From positions 3,513,457-3,577,456 of the forward strand of contig JBNZDD010013670.1 of NCBI GenBank assembly GCA_050575255.1: a stretch of 64,000 bases of DNA, written 5' to 3'. Under the pieces are notes generated by a model. That model did no database searches, had not been told where the DNA came from, and saw nothing but the letters and a program-made list of their open reading frames with translations. The position numbers and the translations under genes were made by a program. The stretch comes from Harriotta raleighana. Lineage: Eukaryota. Shown one piece after another: positions 1-11,995 of this stretch. The first letter of the stretch is position 1. Every line of letters starts with the position of its first letter.

Positions 1-978
1 TCAAACTAAATTTTCACTTAGAAAAATTTGAAGAAATAAAAGACAAACAACGCAGTTATGATAAAGGCAAATCATGTCTAACGGACCTAATAGAGTTTTT
101 TTGATGAAGTAACAGAGAAGGTGGATGAAGGTAGTGCATTTGATGTACCACACATGGATTTTCAAAAGGCATTTGGTAAAATGCCACATAAGAGACTTGT
201 AACCAAAATAGAAGCCCACAATTTTAAAGGGACAGAGGCAGCATGGATCCAGAACTGACAGGGAGTCAAAAAAAAGCAAAGAGCGGTCATAAAAATAAAT
301 CATTGAAGGTGGCAGGATATGTAGATAAAGCTGTTTTAAAAAAAGCAGATGGGATACTAGGTTTTATAAATAGGGATACAAAAGTCAGGAAGTTATGATG
401 AACCTTTATAAAACACTGGTTAGGCCTCAGGTGGAGTACTGTGTTCAGTTGCGGGCACCACACTTTAGGAAGGATGTCAAGGCAATGGAGAGGGTGCAAA
501 GGAGATTTACAAGGATGGTACCATGAATGAGGGACTTCAGTTATCAGGATAGGTGAGAGAAGCTACGATTATTCTCCTTGGAGCAGAGAATGTTAAGAGG
601 AAACTTAATAGAAGTTTCAAAATTATGAGGGATTCGATAGGGTGAACAAGGAGAAACTATTTCCACTGGTGAATGTGTCATTAACCTGAGGACACTTATT
701 TAAAACAGTTGCTAAAAGAAATAGAGGGAAGGTGAGGAGAAATGTTTTTACTCAGTGAGTTGTTCGGATCTGGATTGCATTGTCTAAAAGGGTGGTGGAA
801 GCTAATTCGATTACAAGTTTTGAAAGAGATGTAGATAGTTATTTGGGGAGGGAAGGTGTGCAGGTCTATGGGGAGGACACAAGGTAGTGGAATTGCTTTG
901 GACAACTATTTAATGAGGCTGCACAGACACAATGGGCCGAATGGCCTCCTTCTGTGCTGTATAATTCTGTGATTCTAT
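1..978 (+). mobile_element. CR1-clade LINE, decayed ORF2 (RT) fragment with internal deletion and 3' end
   Basis: Fragments translate to CR1-type GKSCLT..FFDEVTEKVDEG..MDFQKAF and LYKTLVRPQVEYCVQ..RKDVKAMERVQRRFTRMV; frameshifted; ends ...AATGGCCTCCTTCTGTGCTGTATAATTCTGTGATTCTA, an (ATTCTRTG)n-type tail. Confidence 0.92.
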
Positions 979-1321
979 TAATCAATGAAAGTTTGGAGGA
1001 AGAAATATATTTCTGGTTGCCCAGTTTACATTCTAAATTTTTCAATAGAGTACACTACAAAAGTGGGTCAGAAATTAAGTCTGTATATCACTTGAGCAGC
1101 TTTAACCATATTTCCAGTAACTCAAGTAGGCCGTATAAAGCCACTTTTTAATTTGGCATGTATTGGTTCTCATTTAAGGTACATAACTGTGCCTTTTTGG
1201 GGGGACAACACTGTGCACAAATTGACTGCCATGTTCACTAACAGAAAGCACAGACACTTCACAGCCATAAGATGTGATCCTGACATGAAAGGCACTATAT
1301 GAAACACAAAGATTTTTACTA

Positions 1322-1591
1322 TCAGTGGTTTACAAGCCTTATAAGCATGAGAACTGTATTCGAATCCAGACAGGTCAGGGGGAAAGCCTTGGGCAAGTTT
1401 CCTTACTCCACATGCCTAATAATAATCCCTCAAAAATAAAAACTATAATAAGTTGGTTATTTCAATTCACAACTGTTTGTGGGACACTGCTGTGCACAAT
1501 TGACTGCTACGTTTCGTCCACAAATATACAAATTATGTAAATTCTCTTTACAGTATATTCTGTGCAACATCAAATGCAAGGATTATTATTA
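1322..1591 (+). mobile_element. Young tRNA-derived SINE, subfamily A
   Basis: Degenerate B box (ATTCGAATCC), body GTTTGTGGGACACTGCTGTGCACAATTG, tail AAATGCAAGGATTATTATT shared with many copies in the window. Confidence 0.85.
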
Positions 1592-2167
1592 GTATATCCC
1601 GTGAGGGAAAATAATCAAAACATGAAATCTAGTAGTACTCAATGTTCCACTGAAAATGGTCTTAACGAACCTTGTTGGGGTGAAGTAGAGCTAGCATCAC
1701 TCATATAACCCCTGCAACTGGGAATGCTTGAGTATACCATTGGGTAACAAGGTGAAAATCATTCTGCAATCAAGTGACAAAACTGCTCTGCATGATGAGC
1801 ACAATATTAATTTCCCCAATAAAAAAATTTGCATGAAGGCAGGATTGATTTACAGTACTACTTTTCTGGTTCTTTACAGAATTACGTACAAAGTCCAAAG
1901 AACAAACAGTTTGCTGCTTTGGCTGGTGTCTGGAGCTTCAAAGACTAATAAAAAGTGTCATTACTTCATTGAAATAACTGGTGACCAACTTCATTATCTG
2001 TAAAATCACCATCAGTCAGTGATCCTATCTACACAAGCACATCTATTTTGCCGTGAATTATCCTGGCACCTAGGTTAACCCCACATTTTTACAATGTTGA
2101 CAAGGCTGAGTCCAATTTGAAGATTAATACTTTGTTAAAGATTAATCGTATTGTGTCCACTGAATGA

Positions 2168-2488
2168 CAGTAAAACCCCGTTTATCCGGCACGCAAGGGG
2201 AGGGGGGGGATCGACTAATTGACTGTGCTGGATAAACGGGGGACAAGTTATTGAAAACCCAACATAAAAAAAGACTTATTTTAAAACATACCATGTTAAT
2301 AATAGACTACATAGTAACAGAATATTGTGTGGATATTTACCAATAAAGCATTCCAGCACAGTTGGTTAAAAAATCGGTAAAACAGCATTGCAAAGTGAGC
2401 AAACTCGCAATTGCTGGAATGAGGAATTACCCCGGGAAGGGGTCGAGCAAGCTGGGTGATCGAGTCACGGATAAACGAGGTTTTACTG
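2168..2488. mobile_element. MITE, Tc1/mariner-pogo (Tigger-like), subtype A
   Basis: TIRs CAGTAAAACCCCGTTTATCCG ... CGGATAAACGAGGTTTTACTG; TA on right flank; no ORF. Confidence 0.9.
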
Positions 2489-3089
2489 TACAATGTTTTC
2501 TGATTAACTCCCTTGTTTAGGAAAAGTAAATGATATAAATTTTTTTAATCGATTGGATGTTCCCTGACTCGTCGCACAAGAACCAAATATAGATAATATT
2601 TTGTGAGAAAATGTATGTAAATATTTCATCGGTTGTTATGTATTTTTGCTAAAATTATTTTGCGCAAGTAGATTAAATTTGTTTTTAAAAATGACAAGAT
2701 ATCTATATCAACAGATCATTCTTAAATCCCCTTTATTACATTAAAATAATATTGTTTTTCGCAAAAGTTCAGAAAAAGAAAGCCCTTCTAATATCCAGTC
2801 TACCATGTCTTTACATCACATCATCAAGATGATTTTAAAGCAAATTCAGTTAGAGGAATGAGATCAAAATGAGCTAAGATAATTTTCTTCATATATAGTC
2901 TCCCCCTTGTCTTGTAAAAATGATTTTGGTTTGAATTTCTTAATTGATTATATTAAACTTGTCTGTATTTCTTTTGCTTCCACAAAACTACATGCTAGTA
3001 ATTCAGCAATGTCTAAAATTGTGCAGCTACTTGAAAGCTTCGTTTCCACGTTATTTTTTGCTAATTCCAACTTTAATATTAATCAATAT

Positions 3090-3220
3090 TAACAACAATT
3101 TATATTTATGTTCATATAGTGCCTTTCATGTGGGAGTAATTTTGAAAGCACTTCACACGGCTGGCTGACTGGAAGCCTGAGCTGAGGGGAAGGTACGGAG
3201 GGAGCTGAGGAAGGGAGGAC
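3090..3220 (-). mobile_element. Old L2 3' end fragment
   Basis: AACAACAA tail, GCCTTTCATGTG and AAGCACTTCAC followed by purine-rich 3' UTR complement. Confidence 0.5.
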
Positions 3221-3554
3221 ATAAACCTAATGTAATTTGTCTTCTAAACTGATAGCAATACTGTTCTTCCTGCCACTGCACTGGCATGATAAGAGCAAAC
3301 AAATGAGGCTTGTTATTTAATGACACATGATAAACTTTCTATCACACCAGTCTTCACCTTGTTGGAGCTTCCTTGTAGCAACTCTATTGTGTTTTCGCTA
3401 GCAACCATCTAATATATTTTTTATGATACACAACAAATATAAAGCAGTAAGTCTGTTTTGGAATTGTTTGTGTTTGTGCTTAAACAGCCTTACGTATTAA
3501 AACTAGTCTTTGCACCTTGTCCATAATATCTAGTAGGTAATTACTCTCAAATGT

Positions 3555-3898
3555 CATAAGAACATAAAAATTAGGAGCAGGAGTAGGCCATTCAGGCCCC
3601 TGGAGCCTGTCCCGCCATTCAATAAGATCATGGCTGATCTTCTGACCTAACTCTAATTACCTGCCCTATCCCCATATCCCCTAATCACTCTATTTTTTAA
3701 AAAAATCTATCAGTCTCAACCTTGTAAATGTTCAAGGATTGAGCATCCACAGCCTTCTGGGGTAGTGAATTCCACTACCCTCTGAGTGAAGAAATATTTT
3801 CTCAACTCTGTTCTAAAAGGCTGACCCTTAATTTTAAGACTGTGACCCCTGGTTATAGATTCTCCTACCAGGGGAAACAATCCCTCAGTGTCTACTTT
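3555..3898 (-). mobile_element. CR1-clade LINE 3' end (shark HER1-type tail)
   Basis: ORF 3716..3985 contains LFPLVGESITRGHSLKIKGQPFRTELRKYFFTQRVV; minus-strand tail ...CCTACTCCTGCTCCTAATTTTTATGTTCTTATG. Confidence 0.9.
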
Positions 3899-4591
3899 AA
3901 ATGTAGTGCCTATATTTTGAAGATAAATGTGGTAACCTTGTAAAGTGAACAAACAACTTAATTGGAGGACTCCTGGGCAAGACATAGATTAGTTCCTTGT
4001 CTAATCGTGTCATGTTGTGGTTGTTGTTGTTGATAGAACTATTCCTTTTGTTCCCTTTGTTTACCATTGAACGTTAAATACATTGAATATTGCTGTAAAA
4101 TATTGTACCTAGCTTTTATTTACTAGAATCTTTTTGTTTGACCAAAAGGTGATCTTTCATTGCTGCTGGAACCTTAAATTTGCTAAATTTCCTGTTGATA
4201 TCCTGATACAATTGCAGCCTGGTAAGCTTCACTTGGCATTCAGAATAAGATTGCACTCTTTAGAACTGTACTTTAAGTGAAAATGGGTTAGATTGGCGAA
4301 TGTTTTGTAACTTTTGATTGTGTATAACAAAGCTGATTAAAAGTTCATGTTATTCTTTTCCCTTTTTTTCATTTACAGCTTCCTGCCAGCAAGACAGTTT
4401 ATTCTATGCTGCTAATGTTGATTTGTTTGGCGGGGTGGGGTGGTGGGGTATCAGACAGGGGTTTGACACATGCGGAAACCCGTCGCCATGCTTAAGAGTA
4501 TCCAAACCATACTGACATTTCCATGCATCCCAACTTCTTATGGAAATCCCAGAGATAGATTGTTGGAATGGAATGCAATGCACACTCTTTC

Positions 4592-4926
4592 TCTGGCCTG
4601 CTCCATGTCCTCCGACCCACCCATCCCACCATTTTTTTGGCGAGCCTTTAGCCGCTCTGCCTCCAACCTGTGGAACTCCATCCTGCAGTCCCTCTGCCTC
4701 GCCCCCACCCTCCGCCTTGCTTCCTCCCTTTCCTCCTCCAAGGCTGGTCTCAAGACCTTCCTCTTTGACCGCACCTAACTCTTCCCTCTCTCCCACTCTC
4801 CTTCCCAGTCCCCCTCCCCCCGACGCTCCCCCGCTTGGGTCCCGACCTAACTATTCTGCGCTTTGGGATGCTCCTGATGTGAAAGGCGCTATACAAGTGT
4901 AATTTTGTTATTGTTGTTGTTGTTGT
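4592..4926 (+). mobile_element. L2-clade LINE 3' end
   Basis: Encodes RAFSRSASNLWNSI..LKTFLF (L2 ORF2 C-terminus), C-rich UTR, GTGAAAGGCGCTATACAAGTGTAATTTTG then (TTG)n tail. Confidence 0.88.
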
Positions 4927-4927
4927 T

Positions 4928-5097
4928 AAAGTCTCGCCTCAAGACTCTCCTCTTCGATGGACCGATCGGAAACTCCTAATCCCCCCCTTTCCTGCCCCAC
5001 CACCCTGTCCTCAGCTCGGGTCTGAAGCAGTGACTGTCCAGTGCCTTGGGACGTCCTCCTGATGTGAAAGGCGCGAATACAAGTGTAATTTTGTTGT
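4928..5097 (+). mobile_element. Second L2 3' end, tandem to the previous one
   Basis: CTCAAGACTCTCCTCTTCGA..CCTTGGGACGTCCTCCTGATGTGAAAGGCGCG..GTAATTTTGTTG. Confidence 0.82.
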
Positions 5098-5758
5098 GGC
5101 TTCCCTAGAAGGGTGCTCCCTGCTTATCTAATTCCAGAAAGTATTAGGTACAGGTTGGTAAGAGCTAAGGACTGAGGACCCCAGTGTGTGTTTTGGGTTA
5201 CTTTTGGGTGGCCTCCACTTACTCTTAACCTTGGTGGTCCTCTCATATGCCTTGGTTAGTAGTCATATGGTTATTTCAATATTGAACAGATTGAGGAGAG
5301 AAGAGAAAGTATGGGTGAATTCTTCATTACAAAATATAGATAGAGATTTAATAGTTTTTTTAAGGATGATATCAGATTACTTGTTGTTCCAAGTATATAG
5401 ATTGAAACCCCAGAAATAATTAGTGTATAGATTTGCTATGTTTTGTCCTTGGGTATGAGATTTGGGAACAAATGGGTCACTGGGATCAGTACTTACCGGA
5501 TGCCTGGTTATTGACAAAGGAATGTGCAGTGGTCTGATGCTTTGTGATGTGTGCATAGTGTTCAGTTCTGCACACAACTGGTGACTTAGTCAGAATACCA
5601 TGTGAACCCTAACCGATATCTAGTAATATTAAATGCATTTTGCTATATTATTCACTAATTAAAATGGAGAATCCAGTCCTCCAAATATTTATTTTTACAT
5701 AAAGTTCTTTACCAGCGTTGTCCTCATTCTAATCTTCAATTTCTTCCCTCATCTTTTG

Positions 5759-6067
5759 TGGAGTTCTGTAGCTCAGTGGTTAGAGCACTTTCCTCACAAG
5801 CGAGAGACCTGGGTTCGATTCCTTGCAGGCCGAAACCTTGGGCAAGTTTCCTTATTCCACACGCCTAATATTGATCCCTCAAGAAAAAAAACAATAATTA
5901 ATTGGTCACTTCAATCCATGATTGTTTGTGGGACAGTGTTGTGCAGAATTGGCTGTCAAGTTTTGCCCACAAATATAAAGTCAAATTACTTTCACAGTAT
6001 ATACTGTGAAGCGCTTTGAAACATCTAGAAGACATGAAAAGTGTTATATCAAAATTGCAAGGATTAT
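5759..6067 (+). mobile_element. Young tRNA-derived SINE, full length, subfamily B
   Basis: A box TAGCTCAGTGG, B box GGTTCGATTCC, Deu-like body, L2-like tail. Confidence 0.92.
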
Positions 6068-6233
6068 GATCAAATATCAGCTGGCACCTAAGTTTGAGTC
6101 TCTCTTGAATTTTACAGCTTTTTTCCTCAAAGGCACACATGCTACTAGATGAGCGAAGTTGACAGAAATTCAAATTGTTTATCTAAAATACACATCTTTT
6201 CAACTGTATTAGGAAAACCCAAATGAAGCATAT

Positions 6234-6553
6234 TAATAATAATAATCCTTGCATTTGGTACAGTGCTTTCCATGTCTTCTAGACATCTCAAAGCACTTCA
6301 CAAAATACACTATAAAATGAATTGACTTATATTTGTGGGCAAAATGCAGCAGCCAATTGTGCACATCAGTGTTACACAAACAGGTATGGATTGAGTGACC
6401 AAATTATTATTTTATTTAGCTTTTTTTCTGAAGGAACTATTATCAGGTGTGTGGAGTAAGGAAACTTGGTCATGGTTTCACCCCACTCGGGAATTGAACC
6501 CACGTCTCTCACTTGCAAGGCAAGTGCTTGAACCACTGAGCTACAGGACTCCA
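6234..6553 (-). mobile_element. Young tRNA-derived SINE, full length, subfamily B
   Basis: Reverse-complement match to 5759-6067; head TGGAGTCCTGTAGCTCAGTGG on minus strand. Confidence 0.92.
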
Positions 6554-6854
6554 CAGTCCTCACAAGCAAATGACCATCAAAAAGCATGGAAACATTTTTT
6601 AATATGGGCATTAGTTAGTAGTCCTAGTGAAGTAACACTACGAAAGGAGTTAGGTTCCATGGAACACATCCAGTTAACTTAGGTAAGATGCCATTGTCAA
6701 TAACACTATGCCTCTGCATCTCCCTTCCCACACTATTAGTTTCAGTAAAAACAGATTTTGTTAATGGACCAGCATTAATGTATTTTACAAAAGGACAAAC
6801 TTGGATAACTTTACATCATTTGAGGTGGAAGTAGAAGTATATGAAGTGGAAGTT

Positions 6855-7040
6855 ACTGCTGGAAACCGTTGTTGAAGCGGAAAGCATCAACCATACTTAA
6901 GAAGTAAATTGGTGCATGCATAATAGAGGAGAATAGAGGTATGGGAGAAAGTATTAGGAGGAGTGTGGGCTTGTGTGGATTATAACCACTGAAGTGAATT
7001 AGTTGGTCTGAATATCATATATATTTATATGGAATTCTAT
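6855..7040 (+). mobile_element. Old CR1 3' end fragment
   Basis: ETVVEAESIN-like remnant, GGTATGGGAGAAAG, then UTR-like GGCTTGTGTGG..TAGTTGGTCTGAAT..ATTCTATG. Confidence 0.5.
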
Positions 7041-7658
7041 GTATCTGGAACAGATCTGTTTGAATCTATATCCTGATATATCAATCGCATATGAATCTTC
7101 TGTATTTGTCAGAAGAGCAGATGTTTAGGAGACCAAGGCCTGATAGGGAGATCACAGCTGAGTTGCATCTATTTGTCTTAATGAGGTCCTCAAAGACTCC
7201 TATTGCTCTGACTAGCTGCAAAGTTTATGGTACCCATATATCTTCTTGGCCCAAATTCTTTTTTTGCACATGTGGTTTTGTCCTCATGTTGAAAAGGCTT
7301 AAGCGGAAACATTTTAAATGGCAATTCAGCTGAAGAAATTCCTCTTTCAGTGTAACTTCTATTCACCACAATGTAATTTTTTTTAAATGCTGCTTTACAT
7401 AACTCCATCAGTCACTTCACACTAATCCCAGTAATACTCATACACTTCCATGTAAATTATGCTTAAGGGATCCAAATCTCTTCATTTAATTTACTCTCCT
7501 TTTCTCCTTGTGTTAGGGTAGGTTTATGTGCTAACATCGCTGCTGCTATATCCACACACATGGTATAGCGATTGTGAAATTAATTCCTGTGTTTTTTAGT
7601 TATAATAGATCAATTGCTGTCCCAGCTGAGGACAGCTCAGAGCTGTAATCTCTAGGTA

Positions 7659-8025
7659 CAGTAAAACCCCGTTTATCTGGCATGCTCGGGGTGAGGGGGT
7701 CGACTAATTGACTGTGTCGGATAAACTGGGGACAATTTGCCGAAAATCCAACATAAAAAATTTACTTATTTTAAAACATTACCATATTAATAATACACTA
7801 AATAGTAACTGAATATTGTATGGATACTTACCAATAAAACATTCCAACAAACTCGGTAAAAAGATCGGTAAAAAACCCAAGTTCGTAAATTTAATAAGTG
7901 CATATGCGCACGCATTGCACGCATGCGCAAAGTGAGCAAACTCGTGATTGCTAGAATGGGGAATTGCCCTGGGAGGGGGTTGAGCAATCCAGTTGATCGG
8001 GTCACGGATAAACAAGGTTTTACTG
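7659..8025. mobile_element. MITE subtype A
   Basis: TA-CAGTAAAACCCCGTTTATCTGG ... CGGATAAACAAGGTTTTACTG-TA; TA duplication on both sides. Confidence 0.93.
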
Positions 8026-8349
8026 TATATATAGGTTGGGGTTACATTGAGCGGTGTCTTTGTGCTCTGGGCCATCAAGGAACTGTACCTCTGGCCATAA
8101 CCAATTTTGTGCCTATAAATATGGCATTTGCAACCTGGTTGTTTCTATGCTAATTGTAGCCTCCAGTTTGTAATTCGCTTTTGAGCTGTTTCTTAGCTGA
8201 GTATAACCTGAAAGGTCTGACAAAAATTCAGATAATAAAATACTGGCCAAAATAGCCAATTTGCCTTCTCCGTGTGGAACTCTCTCCTGAAATCTCTATA
8301 CCTCGCCCCTTATGTACTTGTTTCAAATCCCACCAAAATACCTACCTCT

Positions 8350-8630
8350 TTAAAGGGAGGGTGAGCATCATTAAAATTAGTTTGCTGTGGAACAGGAGAC
8401 AGTGGAGATGGGCAAGGATGAGAATGATGATTCACAGAACTGTGCAATTCTGTATGGTCTGGAGGTTTTGGAGGTTAAGATGGAAAGGCCGATGAACTGG
8501 GTATTGGGAAAATCAAGTCTGGCAGTGATAAAGGATTGGATGAAAGTATTGACCAAGTGAGTGGTGGCAAGGCAAATGGGAGGAGGCTGTTACAGAGATG
8601 GAAGAAAGTGGACATGGTGAAAGCCCAGAT
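8350..8630 (-). mobile_element. Old L2 ORF2 fragment
   Basis: Purine-rich plus strand resembling the L2 antisense blocks at 13421 and 32792 (AATCAAGTCTGGCAGTGATAAAGG..GGAT). Confidence 0.45.
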
Positions 8631-8636
8631 AACGAT

Positions 8637-8750
8637 AATAATCCCTGCATTTGATATAGTGCCTAATCATGTCTTCTAGACATTTCAAGGTGCTTCACAG
8701 TATATACAGTACTGTGAAGTGAATTAATTGTATATTTTGTGGGCGAAACT
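8637..8750 (-). mobile_element. Young SINE 3' fragment
   Basis: AATAATCCCTGCATTTGATATAGTGC..CTTCACAGTATA..TTGTGGGCGAAAC. Confidence 0.8.
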
Positions 8751-9621
8751 GAAAGTGAACTATTGAATGTAGCATTAACTGCCCCAGGTAATCTCACTTT
8801 TTACCATTAAGATAAATCACTAGACACAGCATAGTAAGTTGTCCATTGTTCTGCATTGCAAACCTTTACATTATGATGAATAGCAAAATGTGCTGTCAGC
8901 GGGTATAATTTCAATTTGGAATCATATCAATATTTCATTTTTCTTCCTGGGGAATTTACTCATTCCTTTTTAATTAGAGGTTAATCAATCACAGATCAGA
9001 ATGATTGATAGGTTTGTCATTTAAAGATGATTTTTTTCCCCTACAAATCTTTTAAAATGTAGATTAGGCAAAGGTACTTAAATCCATACCATACTGCATT
9101 GATTTTCTGCTAGAATATAAAATTGAATAAGTTAATTCTTCATGAATTGAATGCTTAATTATTGAATCTACGAATTCTAGATTGGGTTGGGAAATATTTA
9201 TTTCATGGACTGATAAGATGAGCATCATCTATTCTTCATAAAACTCCCAGACACATAAAATGAATCAGACATCTGATGGTATCACTGGTATGTTAGTTAA
9301 AGATGAAAGCTATGCAAGTTTTATATTGCTTTTGTATCTATGTTTTTGATAGACTTCTAGATTTTGTTTGTGCTTGTAACTAATATCTGGAGCTAATCAG
9401 CTGAATTCATCAATAAAGTACTGAGTAAAGGATCTTTCGAACTTGCAAACATTTCAGGAATGCTGCCTTCAAAGTTAGAAATTTTGAAATTGACCATTGA
9501 TGCAACTAGATGTTGATCTACAGAGGAGAAACAGTTTGGTGACAGACATTAACCCTTTGCCCCATCAAAGATTGCCAAAATTCTAAAGTAAGCCTGTTTT
9601 GCTTTTACTTGCTCAAATAAG

Positions 9622-9828
9622 TAATAATCCCTCCAATTTTTTTAATAAAAAATTGGTCATTTCAATCCACGACTGTTCGTGGGATGCTGCTGTGCGCAAT
9701 CGGCTGCCATGTTTCGCGCATAAGTATACAGTCAATTCACTTTACAGTATATTCTGTGAAGCACTTTGAGTTTCATAGAAGATGTGAAAAATGCCATATT
9801 AAATGCAAAGATTATTGTCATTATTATT
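9622..9828 (+). mobile_element. Young SINE, 5'-truncated
   Basis: AATAATCCCTC..GGTCATTTCAATCCACGACTG..AAATGCAAAGATTATT. Confidence 0.85.
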
Positions 9829-10004
9829 GTAAGTATGGTTTACAGTCATTTCCATTCAAGCTCTTGGGACACTACCCCATGTGAAGTGTGCTATATCAAT
9901 GGAAGTTGTTGTTGGATTTCTGTAATGCTACAATTTTCTCATCTCCTCTCTTCTCCCAAATGCCCAATTTATTGTAGCATACAATCTCAAAGGAGCTACC
10001 TAAC

Positions 10005-10210
10005 CTGAGATATCTCACCCAAGTGTAAACCCAGACAATGAATACTATCAGCAAGGCTTGCAATTGCAGAGTATTACGGCTGAGCTCAATTCTGTCCTCA
10101 TGCAGTCTCAGTTGAGTTCAGTTGACCTAGGCAGATACCAAGCATTTAGATCGGAAGCTTTTAGGTCTGTCTGGCTGAACGTTGCTTCAGGCTGTGGCTT
10201 TATCATCTGA
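10005..10210 (-). repeat. Old SINE-like family U3 (unassigned); related pieces near 12000-12185(-), 16250-16360(+), 26080-26210(+), 37575-37760(+), 46250-46540, 53385-53470(+)
   Basis: Shared degenerate blocks (GGTTCAAATCC..TGTGCTGAGTTA..GATCT; TGAGGACAAGAT/ATTCTGTCCTCA; AATCAGCCAG..TCCTGCT); heavily diverged, boundaries approximate. Confidence 0.4.
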
Positions 10211-10867
10211 GAAATAAAAGAAGCTTCCATTCATTTCTAATTAGGAATGTTATATCAGTAATAGGTAGCCTAAAGTGTGTTACACATCGAATAACACAGC
10301 GCCATGCAGCAACACATCAATGGGCTGAGATGATGTTAGAAACTATTTTCATGATTTATCAAGATGGTCTCGATCCTCCACTGTGCAGCTGCAATGGAAC
10401 ACACTCTAGAGTGTGATTCCATTTAATATGAAGCAATATACAATTTATTTGCTTTTTCTGTTATAAAGGACAGTGATCGACATTCAGCTTCTGCTGGTGG
10501 TTCCACATGAATGCTCCAGAACTAATATCCAGATTTATTTTCTTGCCTGATGCAGGAAAAAATACAATCTTATGAAATTGTTGGAGAAGTATAAACATAG
10601 TGGAATATTATTTAATTCCTGGCTTGTTTTGAAAGGTAAAAAGTGTAATTGCTTTACTTTTAGTTGCAGATATTGCAGTGTACTACTCAGAGGGTTAATA
10701 TAATATGTTTCCACAAACGAGTAGATTTAAATCTACTTTCATCCTTTTCCAGCAATTGTATCACACAGTGGCCCTCTACCAAACAGTTTAGGCATCTGCC
10801 ACTTAATGAGGCTGCTTCAGAGAAATTACCCAAGAAAAACAAATACAAAACAAGCTTGCAGCACAAC

Positions 10868-10920
10868 ACCATAGGTGGAATGGCCTCCCTCTGTGCTGTA
10901 AACTTTCTATGATTCTACGA
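10868..10920 (+). mobile_element. CR1 extreme 3' tip
   Basis: GAATGGCCTCCCTCTGTGCTGTAAACTTTCTATGATTCTA matches the end of 1-978. Confidence 0.75.
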
Positions 10921-11272
10921 ACTGTTGATTCTTGAAATACTACAGCAACTTAATAGCCTCCTTTTCTAATTCCAAAGACTGCACAATTGCTTAAGAAATC
11001 TATTTTACAGTTTTTTGAACATATAAAATTGCTTGCGTTTTCCTTTCCAGATTCCAGATGCCCTGATCTTACTCAGCTCATCTAACTCCTGTGGTGGTTA
11101 ATAGGGCGTGACATTCTGTGCTCCTAAACATCTGCTAATACCATAAGGAGATGTGTAACATTCCAAGTTGATGAAACCACACTATTACAATGATAAACAG
11201 AGAATCTACTTCTTAGCTGCTTTTTCATCAGGATTCTTCCTTTCATGCTGTCTTGAGTTGGACAATAGTTGT

Positions 11273-11370
11273 GACCCGAAATTCCACCGCATCTTAACCT
11301 GTGAGGCCGTTTGGTCTTTAAATTTTAAGATGGTGTAGAATTGTTGAAAAAAATCTTGAATTTTCGTCAT
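11273..11370 (+). repeat. Unclassified old repeat U4; other copies ~26345-26440(-) and ~37761-37855(+)
   Basis: Shared AAATTCCACC..TCTTA..CTGT..TTAAA(A)TTTAAGAT(G/T)G..AGA..GAAAA pattern in three places. Confidence 0.55.
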
Positions 11371-11734
11371 AATTTAGAAGCTAGTTTACTGCAGTCCTTG
11401 AAAAGAATTGTCTTCAAATTACGACTGAGTTTAAAAATCTTTTTCAGTTCTGAAATTGTGTCAAATGCAAGGAGTTGAACTGTCTCGAAGTTAACAGGGA
11501 ATGGTCAATGGAATTCGAGTCAACTTTCTGTGGCGGTCTCAGTAGTCTGGCTTCTGAGCCAGATGAGTCCACAGTATTCCAATAATAGCCTGGCACATCG
11601 GAAGAACAGACCAGTCCTTGAGACAGTGATTTTTCCCACTGAGCTGCTATCAATCATGCAAGTCGAAGCTTTAATGGGAGATTGGTTCTAGCCGGACAAT
11701 CAGTGGGAAGCTTACTAGACAGTGCTTTCAGTGG

Positions 11735-11995
11735 GAAGAGATGCCATTTTTAGCAGATTAAACTGCGGCAGAACACCAATTCAGAAGTCTTGGCCCTCTC
11801 CAACCCATGTCTAATATACTTGGAATTAGTTAAGAAGAGTGAGATCCACTGGGGAGGGAATGCACATTCCATTCCAAGCATGGGAATTTCCATATATAGG
11901 TGGCATAGATAAACTCTCAGTTTGATTTGGATACTCTTAAAGCACGGTGATGGGTTTCTGCATGTGTCAGATATCCAGCTGACTCCCAAAAAAAG
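11735..11995 (-). repeat. Unclassified old repeat U1
   Basis: Minus strand reads TGACACATGCAGAAACCCATCACCGTGCTTTAAGAGTATCCAAATCAAACTGAGAG..ATGGAAATTCCCATGCTTGGAATGGAATG..CCAAGACTT..GCATCTCTTCC. Confidence 0.75.

Larger units (their letters stand above)
4410..5200 (+). repeat. Unclassified old repeat U1, split by two L2 3' ends (U1 parts ~4410-4590 and ~5098-5200)
   Basis: GACACATGCGGAAACCC..TTAAGAGTATCCAAACC..TGGAAAT..GGAATGGAATG matches copies at 11735, 29085, 44555, 56150; homology resumes after the L2s (ATCTAATTCC..CTAAGGACT..GGACCCCAG). Confidence 0.7.

Noticed and set aside
4345-4440. Strong plus-strand acceptor TTCCCTTTTTTTCATTTACAG
   Set aside because: Leads into repeat U1 with no good donor or recognisable peptide.
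5759-5835. tRNA gene (also similar heads at ~6480-6553, 32180-32253, 57975-58047)
   Set aside because: A/B boxes and an anticodon-like arm are present, but there is no acceptor stem or terminator and the sequence continues into a SINE body.
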